Shown: positions 1 through 8,120 of the stretch, piece by piece
How positions within the stretch are numbered: position 1 is the stretch's first letter
How the letters are laid out: each line of letters begins with the position of its first letter
Origin: a virus
Lineage: Duplodnaviria; Caudoviricetes
Reading direction: 5' to 3' (one strand)
Virus record (IMG/VR): IMGVR_UViG_3300029925_000066
Span: 1-36,675 of that record
Length of the DNA: 36,675 bases
The notes under the pieces: model-generated
Told to the model about the DNA's origin: nothing
The model's database searches: none
The model's input: the letters and a program-made list of their open reading frames with translations, nothing else
Made by a program: the position numbers and the translations under genes

Positions 1-1
1 T

Positions 2-2506
2 GGATGGCAGCGTTGTTGTGCCCGTAACAGTCAGCCCACCGGCAGCTTGCAGCACGCCGGAGACATTAAGAATACCAAAGAAATTGGATGTGGTTGAGCC
101 TACCCGGAAGTCAAGGCCGTTCCCGGTGTAGAAATCGATGGTAGTTGTTTCGAACTCAATGCGTTCGTCCCCACCATTGGTAATCCGCCCCGTCGCCGGA
201 AGAATAAGATCCCCCGAAGAAAGCGTTACACCCGCTGCAGTGACCCGACCCGAAGCCGTGATTGTGCCTGTTGTGATATTACCAAAGGCAACCTGTGAAA
301 TAGTACCATTGATGGTACCGGACACGGTAAGGTCACCAGTGATATCTGTGGCAGCCCCGACTTCAAGGCGTTTTACACCCCCAGCCCAAAGACTTGTTGT
401 CGTGGCCGTAAATGCCAACTTTTCGTCCCCACCATTATCCATCTCGCCGGTAGCGGCAAGACTGATAGAGCTGATGGCGTCAACAACAGTCAGGCTATCC
501 ACAGTCAGATCAGCCAGTGTCGGAATAACAAATGTTCCGGTGATATTTCCGGTTACATCAAGATTGCCTGTGACATTTGTATTCTTGTTTAGATTAACAG
601 CCGTTGCTGTAACATCAAGTATAGAAATGCTGTCTACTTGAACAGCAACAGTACCAGCTCCAAACAGAACTTTTTCATTTGCACCGTTGGAAATATTACC
701 TGTCGCTGGTATAATCATGTTGCCAGTAGAAGTAACGGTTCCGGTTACACTAACCCCACCCGTTGTGGTGGCCAACTTCTCAGAACCAGCATAGTACAAC
801 TTGGCGTCTGTGGCGGATGCCCGCACAGAAAGTAGGTCATTACCATATAATGCGATTGAATCACTTACGGCATCAAAAATAATTTTATCGTTTGCTTCCG
901 AACCATTGAGCTGGAATGTGGTGGATGTTGATGTAAGGTTACCCGTTAATGTGGCCGCCCCAGTGATCGCAACCCCACCGGTAGTAGTTGCCAGTTTAAC
1001 AACACCGGCATATCTAAGGTCCACAGCTGTTGCTGTCGCGCGTAGGCCCTCAACGTTTCCAGCCACTACACTGGTTTCGTTATTGGTACCATCGATATCA
1101 ATATACTCACCAGCACCATTACCAACAGTTGAGTCGGACGGAACGGCAATAACCCCAGACGTGAGTGTTAGGTTCCCCTGTACTTGTGTGGCTGTCTTTA
1201 ATGTGATGAGTGTGTTAGCAACCGTGATCTTGTTGGCTGTTGCATTGTCATCGATACCCAAGGACGTGAACGCCCCCAGTACATCAAGGACACCCCCAAC
1301 CTGCAGTTTATCACCAAACTTCCAGAAGTCTTCATCACCATCAAAAGAAAATCTTTTTGTGGTGTCTAGGGCGATCCCGGTGTTGGGTGTGAATGTTGTG
1401 ATGTTGCCGACAGAGCTATGTTCAATCTGGATTGAACCAGAACCAGTACCAATCTGAAGGTGGAAATTAGAATCAAGGATATCATCTGCATTCGAGCGAA
1501 GGAATGCAGATGAAGCCAACCCACCCAAGGTGATGGCGTCGATAGAAGCTGCGACTGTGGCCACATGGGCTTTGATTGATTGTTGTGTGGCCAGCGCGGT
1601 TGCAGAATCCCCAGACATGTTGTCTTGGTCAAGAATAGCTGTGATGGCCGGACCGGCCCCATCAAATGTCAGAGCACCAATGATGTCTACATTGGTCGCA
1701 AAGTCTACATCAGCAGAGAATGTAACAGGATTTGCAAAATTTGTTTCCTGAACCTGTGTAAGACCAAGAATATGATTGATGGCAGCAACCAGATTATCAT
1801 CATTTGCACCGATGATCCCAGCGTCCAAAGCAGAGAGCAGACCAGTCCGAGCATGAAGAGCCGCAAGTGTTTCAGCGTCCTTTTGGACTTCTGTTGTGGC
1901 AACTGCGCCATGAATTTCATTGAGGGCACCAGCTAGATCGGTCGCAGTTGTGTCAAGGGCTGTGCCCTCACCAGTGAACGTGGTAAAGTCTCCGTGGAAA
2001 TTGTTGATCGCTGTCACAAGATCAGTTTCTAGGATCGCCGCATTCAAAGATGTAAGCGTACCGATAGCAGTTGTGTTGGTATTGATCTCGCCATGGAGTT
2101 CGTTAACAGCAGTGCGGATTGTTGTTGCCGTCGTGTCGATTACACCCTGACTAACAAATGCGTCCAGAGTATTGAACTCACCATGAATTTCATTGACCGC
2201 TGCAGCAAGATTAGCTGCAGTTGTATCAAGAACTGTACCCTCACCCGTAAAGGTTGTGAAGTCTCCGTGGAAATTGTTGATCGCGGTGACCAAATCGGTT
2301 TCCAAAATAGCCGCATTCAAAGATGTAAGTGTGCCGATAGCAGTTGTGTTGGTATTAACCTCGCCATGGAGTTCGTTAACAGCGTCAACCAAGTCAACGG
2401 CTGTAGTTGCGAGCACAGCAATGTCCCCGACATCCGTAGCAGTCAGGTTATAGGTAGTTCGGAATAACTCCATTGAGTCCGAAACCTGCATGTTACGATC
2501 AGCCAT
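2..2506 (-). CDS. Long fibre-like virion protein, truncated at the left window edge (absent from the ORF track)
   Basis: ATG at 2506 (MADRNMQVSDSMELFRTTYNL...) and, read by eye, the frame stays open to base 2 (...TGTTTLPS). It has an N-terminal LVxAVNELHGE repeats segment and a Thr/Gly-rich beta-strand body. The plus-strand ORFs here are its antisense shadows. Confidence 0.85.
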   Translation of the reverse strand, partial: MADRNMQVSDSMELFRTTYNLTATDVGDIAVLATTAVDLVDAVNELHGEVNTNTTAIGTLTSLNAAILETDLVTAINNFHGDFTTFTGEGTVLDTTAANLAAAVNEIHGEFNTLDAFVSQGVIDTTATTIRTAVNELHGEINTNTTAIGTLTSLNAAILETDLVTAINNFHGDFTTFTGEGTALDTTATDLAGALNEIHGAVATTEVQKDAETLAALHARTGLLSALDAGIIGANDDNLVAAINHILGLTQVQETNFANPVTFSADVDFATNVDIIGALTFDGAGPAITAILDQDNMSGDSATALATQQSIKAHVATVAASIDAITLGGLASSAFLRSNADDILDSNFHLQIGTGSGSIQIEHSSVGNITTFTPNTGIALDTTKRFSFDGDEDFWKFGDKLQVGGVLDVLGAFTSLGIDDNATANKITVANTLITLKTATQVQGNLTLTSGVIAVPSDSTVGNGAGEYIDIDGTNNETSVVAGNVEGLRATATAVDLRYAGVVKLATTTGGVAITGAATLTGNLTSTSTTFQLNGSEANDKIIFDAVSDSIALYGNDLLSVRASATDAKLYYAGSEKLATTTGGVSVTGTVTSTGNMIIPATGNISNGANEKVLFGAGTVAVQVDSISILDVTATAVNLNKNTNVTGNLDVTGNITGTFVIPTLADLTVDSLTVVDAISSISLAATGEMDNGGDEKLAFTATTTSLWAGGVKRLEVGAATDITGDLTVSGTINGTISQVAFGNITTGTITASGRVTAAGVTLSSGDLILPATGRITNGGDERIEFETTTIDFYTGNGLDFRVGSTTSNFFGILNVSGVLQAAGGLTVTGTTTLPS
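1908..2383. repeat. Intragenic imperfect tandem duplication, period 273 bp (91 aa)
   Basis: GTCTCCGTGGAAATTGTTGATCGC occurs at 1988 and 2261. Both copies encode AVNELHGE.NTNTTAIGTLTSLNAAILETDLVTAINNFHGDFTTFTGEGT.LDTTA. Confidence 0.95.
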
Positions 2507-2509
2507 TTA

Positions 2510-2719
2510 TTACTTTCCTGTGGTTTTTTGATTCTTCGAAAGCGCCGATATCATCTTGCGCATTTCGGCCATCTCAATTCTTAATTCACTGATCTCATTT
2601 TGTTCGGCTTCGCGTCGAGCACGGCGTGCTTTGGCCCTTGCTAGCGCACTTACATCTCTATTTATAATGACCCCTTGATCATTCATGAATAGGTTAGGGT
2701 GACCCTCTACTTGTGGCAT
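2510..2719 (-). CDS. Small conserved coiled-coil protein typical of marine T4-like baseplate clusters
   Basis: VEGHPNL...IIN motif followed by a coiled coil; lies directly downstream of the DUF4815-like gene. Confidence 0.75.
   Translation of the reverse strand: MPQVEGHPNLFMNDQGVIINRDVSALARAKARRARREAEQNEISELRIEMAEMRKMISALSKNQKTTGK
2659..2666 (-). promoter_or_regulatory. T4-type late promoter TATAAATA (intragenic, upstream of fibre gene)
   Basis: Exact consensus ~150 nt upstream of ATG 2506. Confidence 0.55.
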
Positions 2720-2729
2720 GACTCAGTCC

Positions 2730-4793
2730 TTAGGTTGACAATGCAATAACTCTTAGGTCTTTTGCTTGTGGAACATTGGCGCTATTCTTACTTAACATCA
2801 CAAATTTTAATTGGAATGTTGTGAATGGTGCCGTCGGTATATCAACTGTATATTCATATTGACGGAAAATTGTTGGGTCGTCATCCGTTTGAATTGTTTC
2901 ATCAATTGTTGCTTTAATCCATGCTTGTTCAGAAAGCGCAGCATCAGAACCAGCGGGAAGTGTTCTATAATATGTATCAAATTCAGAGTCTGACGGACGA
3001 TTGATTGCAATCAGAATTTTGATACCCTCGGCAGGAGATTCCAATGTGACTGGACGGACAATATGCTTGGCGATACCAGAACCGTTACCTGCATCAGTTT
3101 CGACTACAAAATTCGCAGGCACATTGAAGCCTGTTGCAGGCGCAGCTGCTTGGCGGTCAATCCTGTTACCGATCAGGTTCACAGACATACGACTAAGGTC
3201 GATCACTGGTGAAAGGTATGTGGAATCTGTGGTCAAGACAGCCTTGAGTGCCATGGACCGCTGGCCACCCAGACTTGCAGTCTGATTTTCAACAGAAGCT
3301 ACAAGACGTGCCGTGTTGAATGTGTTATTATCGTTCGGTAAAATCGCTGTATATGTTGCAGTCTTCTGATAAGCAGTTTCGGACCCCGCAACTGATTTGC
3401 CTGATGTTGTCTTGGCAGTCCAAGCAATATTGGAGCCCGGCAAAAGCATTGCATTTATGTTAGGGAATGCAATATTATATTGATAATTTTCTTGTGCGAG
3501 AACGGCAGTGCCACCCCCAAAACCAGATGATGTAGCGGTGCCTGCAGTGACTACCGTGTAGCTGTCAATATCGGCAGCATCAACAACAGTCTGTTGCACA
3601 TTGATTTGCGCGGCAGTGATACCATTTACAGCAACGGCCCCAGACAGTGTGACTAAGTCACCGGCTATCAAGCCGTGGTCAGGATGGCGCACTCTAATGG
3701 TGGTGCTTGCATTGGTTGTCTCGATTGGGGAAGATACCAGACGCCGAACCGGCACACCCGTATTTTCGAAGTATGCATTACCATCCACACTGGTTGAGAA
3801 CACAGCGCGTTTAACCTTAAACATCAAGTCCCGACTTTGATCTGGTGTCCAAGTCGAACCATTCTGAGACTTGAAGAAAGAACCCATGGCAGGCTGTTTC
3901 ATAATTCTTTTTGTTGTGGAGCCTACAACAAATTCTTTGGTCACACCGGTCCACACTTCATAAGCATCCGACTCAGCCAGAACAACAATCGCATATTCCT
4001 TGAAGCCGTCCAGAAATACCGGAGCCTCAAATGTGAAGGTGGTGAATGTTGCTGCGGTGTTGACGTCAGGGGCAGCACTAATGTTCACATCAGATGCATT
4101 AACAAAGATTTCCGCACCCGGCAAAACCCGATCTGTTGGCAAACCATTCTCCATGGCCCGAATTTGGCAGCGCACCGGCACAGCCGAAGACTTGGTCTTG
4201 AAGAAAAGATCGATAGAAGTGACGAAACCACCCTCAAGTTTTTCAATCAGAAAACTTTGCGCGACCGGATCAACACGACGAATAGGAGGAGGTGGCGGCT
4301 CAGGCAGAAACGTTGTTATGGTACGAGCAATAGTCTCAAGGGTTCCTTTTGCTGTGTATGAAGCAAAAGCTTTTGATGTTGCATTAATATCTGTGGTCGC
4401 ACTGAAGTCCCGCAATTTAAATTCACGGGTACCGGTACGAAACCGCGTGGCTGTCGTATTAGGCAGATGGAATGAACCCTCGATAGTACCATTGGCATCC
4501 GAGATAAGATCGCTGGCTGTGTCGGGGTGTGTGGTAATATCCGACCATTCATTACTGGAAGGTTGATTGTCTACTGTTGAAATATTAACAAAAGTTTCTT
4601 CACGACAAAATGTTGTCACATCCGTATTATCAAAGAATGCCTTGTGCTTCGTATTAGGCAGCAATCCCTGCACCCGGAAGTAAATCTTACGAGAACGAAT
4701 GAATGGTACGAATACGATATTCACTGATCTGGTTTGAGTTACTTCCCGAATACCACCGGGGAGTCTACGCGTAATTGTTGTGGTCGTAGCCAT
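2730..4793 (-). CDS. Virion structural protein, C-terminal part of DUF4815/VrlC-like family
   Basis: PFIRSR, F.TG.REF.L, DPVAQSF, GSFFKSQNGSTWT..Q..DL.F and SPVIDL motifs; ends DLRVIAL. Confidence 0.8.
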   Translation of the reverse strand: MATTTTITRRLPGGIREVTQTRSVNIVFVPFIRSRKIYFRVQGLLPNTKHKAFFDNTDVTTFCREETFVNISTVDNQPSSNEWSDITTHPDTASDLISDANGTIEGSFHLPNTTATRFRTGTREFKLRDFSATTDINATSKAFASYTAKGTLETIARTITTFLPEPPPPPIRRVDPVAQSFLIEKLEGGFVTSIDLFFKTKSSAVPVRCQIRAMENGLPTDRVLPGAEIFVNASDVNISAAPDVNTAATFTTFTFEAPVFLDGFKEYAIVVLAESDAYEVWTGVTKEFVVGSTTKRIMKQPAMGSFFKSQNGSTWTPDQSRDLMFKVKRAVFSTSVDGNAYFENTGVPVRRLVSSPIETTNASTTIRVRHPDHGLIAGDLVTLSGAVAVNGITAAQINVQQTVVDAADIDSYTVVTAGTATSSGFGGGTAVLAQENYQYNIAFPNINAMLLPGSNIAWTAKTTSGKSVAGSETAYQKTATYTAILPNDNNTFNTARLVASVENQTASLGGQRSMALKAVLTTDSTYLSPVIDLSRMSVNLIGNRIDRQAAAPATGFNVPANFVVETDAGNGSGIAKHIVRPVTLESPAEGIKILIAINRPSDSEFDTYYRTLPAGSDAALSEQAWIKATIDETIQTDDDPTIFRQYEYTVDIPTAPFTTFQLKFVMLSKNSANVPQAKDLRVIALST

Positions 4794-4803
4794 TAATTAA
4801 TAC

Positions 4804-7791
4804 CTATCGTCGGAATGAGAATCTAGTCTGATTGCGGATGTTGCCCGTAAACGCATCAACAGCGGGACCAACAGGCGTTCCAGCCCAGTTCCATCGCCAG
4901 TTATTGAAGTTGTTGCCCTGTACTGGACTGGTGGTTGGAATGTTTCCTGTTTCCTGAACAGTGACACTAGTGGTTGTGGTTTCAACGTCTCGCCATTCGT
5001 CAGTCAATGGCGACAAACGAATACCACCAATATTTGTGATGACGTTGTATGGATTGACGTTGACGCTTGAAGACGCCAGACCTTGGATCACCAAATCTTC
5101 TTCTGTGAAAGACAAGAGAAGAAAGTCACCCTTACGAACAACCCCACTCGAAACACTGGAATCAGACGCCGTTGCCTGAAAAAACATTTTAGTATTTCTC
5201 TCAGAGAAGCCCGCGCGCATGAAGCCTTGTTCAGGATCAATAGACGCCCTGTATTCTGGACTGGATGTATCAGAGAAGAAATGGGTCTGGAAGTTATCAA
5301 CAAAGAAGCCAGACTTGAAACGATTGTTACCAGCGGCATCAAGAACTTCAAGGGAATCTGTGTTCAGCTCCAAGAGGGAAAGTGTTGTGTATTCCTCAAT
5401 GCGATCCAACCGACTTTCGATTTGACCGATATCACGCATGGTGTAACGACGGTTCTCAACAAAGGCGAGAGACACATCATTCTCATCAATAGTACCAGCG
5501 CTCAATTTAATCTGATAGATTTCCATAGCGTTGACTGGTAGGGGCGGGGCGCCCGGCTCAAGGTCTGGATTACCTTTAATGGTTCCAAACGTTCCTGCCG
5601 AATCTACATAGAGTGTATCAATTCTAGGAAGAAAATATTCAATGTCTGCCTGAATGGTCTCATTGATCTTTGGAAGTTCGTTTACGACTGCACCAGCACC
5701 AGAGTAATTTGCATTGGTGTCATCTCGCCTTGGACGAAAATCGAACACATCGGCCAATCGAACTTTAGCACTATCACTCAAGGTGTATGAAGGAATGGCA
5801 CCATAGGATTGGGCAGCAACCAAACCATCATAAGAGTCTACATTGAAATATGAACCAGTTGCACCATGGCCAAAGTATTCGAACGTGACCTTGACGTTGC
5901 CGGTTGGGGCAGTTTGACCGGTCTTAAGAAGTAAACGCCCCTCCTGATAGAAGTTGTCCCGTTGCCCATTGTCCAGTGTGTATCGCGCTGTGATGTCTGC
6001 ATCAGCATTATCAACATCTTTCACGATAGTCAGCTTGAAGATATCGAACTGGGCTAAATCAACATTGCCACCCGATGGAGTCAACACACTGTCAGTAACA
6101 GTTGTGAGGGTCTTGGCCCGTGCATTGGTTGTTGCGGTGGTTTTATCGACGTACGAAATGAATGTATATGTCGAAGAAACATCCAACCCAGAAACCAAAA
6201 TAGTCTGGGCACCGGTCGCCGCAAATGTAGGCGTTGTAATCGTACCGTCATTCTTGATGACAATCCAATCTGATGTTGCTTCCCATGAAATATTAGCATC
6301 CCCGGTATCCAAGGTGACATCCCCGGAAACATCTGTGATGTCTGTTACTCTACGCTGGACCCGGACAGTGATGTCCGTGACCTCTTTGATACGTTCGAAT
6401 GGAACTTCAAAGAAAAGATTATTATTTGCTGTCTCTTTGAGAGCCGCAATGTTGGTTGCAATGATTGTGTCTGTGTCATCGATCAATACGGCTTGGAATG
6501 TACCTGTGTCGTGAACAGTGGCATGATCAGAAATCTTCCGTACGCCATTGAAACCACCGGAGGTCATAACAACGTCAAACAGATATATGCGGTACTTCCC
6601 ACCAGCTTCTCTACTGACAGAACGCACACGGGCAGACCCTACCAGAACTTCTGTTCCAGCATTGTCATAGAGATATATTTTTTGGAAGGTGGAAATGTCC
6701 AGAACATCCAGACGAGTGGGGGCATTGACCCGAACATAGTTACCAAATGACGCGGAAATCTTACCGTTGTTCTTGATGTCGGTCGTCAGAGCCTTATCGA
6801 TATCCACGGCAGTAGAGATTGATTTCTCGACAAGGAAACCCTTAATGTATGCCCGGCCCGGATCGGAGTGTAAAGTCAGCTTATTGACATCTGATGCATG
6901 GGCTTCAACTCGTGTAATAAATGGGTCAACAGTGTAGTCACCAGATTCATCATGGGTCCGTCGAGCGATTTCATTGCCCAGAATGGCGTAGGAAGTCCGC
7001 TCAAAGCGTTCAACAATAACTTGATCCCGAAGTGTAGCAACCGTGAAATAATCGTCTGTCGACGTTGTGTCGGCTTTCTTGATCAGCGTCATGGCTAGTT
7101 TCAGCCGGTCGGCACCCGGTGCATTTTCATTATTGGTCCCGGCGGCATTATCAAGCAAAGACGTGTCAGTCGCAGACTGAATAATACTCTCAAGAGCAAT
7201 CAGTCCAATTTCTTGTGTGCCTGTCGGAATACCGTACTTCTCAATGATCAGGCTTTGGGTTGTGGCCACAACAAAGAAACCCTTGACAAAGTAAACACCC
7301 TTGTCGAGATTAACTTTTGTGCCCTGTCCCGTAGCAGCCGTTGCCGCGGCAGTAAATGTACCAGACCCGGTGCCGGACACGACAATACTCTCGCCGTCCA
7401 CAAACCGACCAGAACCATTACCACCACTTGTATATTGCAGGTAGAATGTGGCTGGGTCACCCCCATCAACCTCGACCTTTTGTACCAATTTTGCAGTGAT
7501 CCCCGAAGTCGAGCCGGTCAGGGTGTCCCCCACAATAGCCGTACTGATATCAGTTTCTGTTAGCTTGACAAATTCATAGAGGGTATCAATAGTCGTACCC
7601 CCCGGAATAACAACAGACCCGTCAATAAAAATATTTTCCCCAAATTTTGTAATCTGATTTTGAAGAAGGGTCTGAAGCTGTGTAAGCTCTCTGGCCTGAA
7701 CAGCACGCGACGGACGAAACAACAGCCTGTGAAACTGTTTGTTGTCGTCAAAATCGTCGTAGTATGGGGATGTGCTTAAGTCGAGAGCCAT
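4804..7791 (-). CDS. Virion structural protein, N-terminal part of DUF4815/VrlC-like family
   Basis: SPYYDDFD..K.FHRLLFRP..AVQARELTQLQ, NAPGADRLK, ARRT.DESGDY, DNGQRDNFY and RFKSGFFVDNF motifs. Confidence 0.85.
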   Translation of the reverse strand: MALDLSTSPYYDDFDDNKQFHRLLFRPSRAVQARELTQLQTLLQNQITKFGENIFIDGSVVIPGGTTIDTLYEFVKLTETDISTAIVGDTLTGSTSGITAKLVQKVEVDGGDPATFYLQYTSGGNGSGRFVDGESIVVSGTGSGTFTAAATAATGQGTKVNLDKGVYFVKGFFVVATTQSLIIEKYGIPTGTQEIGLIALESIIQSATDTSLLDNAAGTNNENAPGADRLKLAMTLIKKADTTSTDDYFTVATLRDQVIVERFERTSYAILGNEIARRTHDESGDYTVDPFITRVEAHASDVNKLTLHSDPGRAYIKGFLVEKSISTAVDIDKALTTDIKNNGKISASFGNYVRVNAPTRLDVLDISTFQKIYLYDNAGTEVLVGSARVRSVSREAGGKYRIYLFDVVMTSGGFNGVRKISDHATVHDTGTFQAVLIDDTDTIIATNIAALKETANNNLFFEVPFERIKEVTDITVRVQRRVTDITDVSGDVTLDTGDANISWEATSDWIVIKNDGTITTPTFAATGAQTILVSGLDVSSTYTFISYVDKTTATTNARAKTLTTVTDSVLTPSGGNVDLAQFDIFKLTIVKDVDNADADITARYTLDNGQRDNFYQEGRLLLKTGQTAPTGNVKVTFEYFGHGATGSYFNVDSYDGLVAAQSYGAIPSYTLSDSAKVRLADVFDFRPRRDDTNANYSGAGAVVNELPKINETIQADIEYFLPRIDTLYVDSAGTFGTIKGNPDLEPGAPPLPVNAMEIYQIKLSAGTIDENDVSLAFVENRRYTMRDIGQIESRLDRIEEYTTLSLLELNTDSLEVLDAAGNNRFKSGFFVDNFQTHFFSDTSSPEYRASIDPEQGFMRAGFSERNTKMFFQATASDSSVSSGVVRKGDFLLLSFTEEDLVIQGLASSSVNVNPYNVITNIGGIRLSPLTDEWRDVETTTTSVTVQETGNIPTTSPVQGNNFNNWRWNWAGTPVGPAVDAFTGNIRNQTRFSFRR

Positions 7792-7815
7792 TTATATTAC
7801 CTGTTTTATGTTATA

Positions 7816-8118
7816 CTATACTTTGAGTTTAGTCTTAAGCTTCTTGAAGCCGCCATCTTTTCCCACAAATGGCCGAACACCTTGAATTTGACGTCTCGTG
7901 CCAGTCATAATGAATTCGAATTCGTCTTTGTCGTCATCTTTGTTCTTGGTGATGGTGACCGGGCCTCTAGATTTAGCCAAGCTTGTAAGCTTGGCTCTTT
8001 GTGATGCCGGAAAAGAAAACTTCATGAAATGGGTTTGTGTGCCTTCATTGAGTGCTTCATTGATCTCCCTGATGATACGGGAAGCTTTCCGGTGTAGTTC
8101 GTTTAATTTTTTTGACAT
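7816..8118 (-). CDS. Small basic protein, putative internal head protein
   Basis: 100-aa Lys-rich ORF with KLNE, EINE and ALNE in the first 25 aa. Confidence 0.6.
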   Translation of the reverse strand: MSKKLNELHRKASRIIREINEALNEGTQTHFMKFSFPASQRAKLTSLAKSRGPVTITKNKDDDKDEFEFIMTGTRRQIQGVRPFVGKDGGFKKLKTKLKV

Positions 8119-8120
8119 TT

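Noticed and set aside
4794-4806. TAG read-through or alternative genetic code joining the two DUF4815-like ORFs
   Set aside because: The downstream ORF is in a different frame, and other genes end normally at TAG with full-length products.
7789-7796. TATAAATG late-promoter-like match
   Set aside because: It is imperfect and overlaps the start codon itself.
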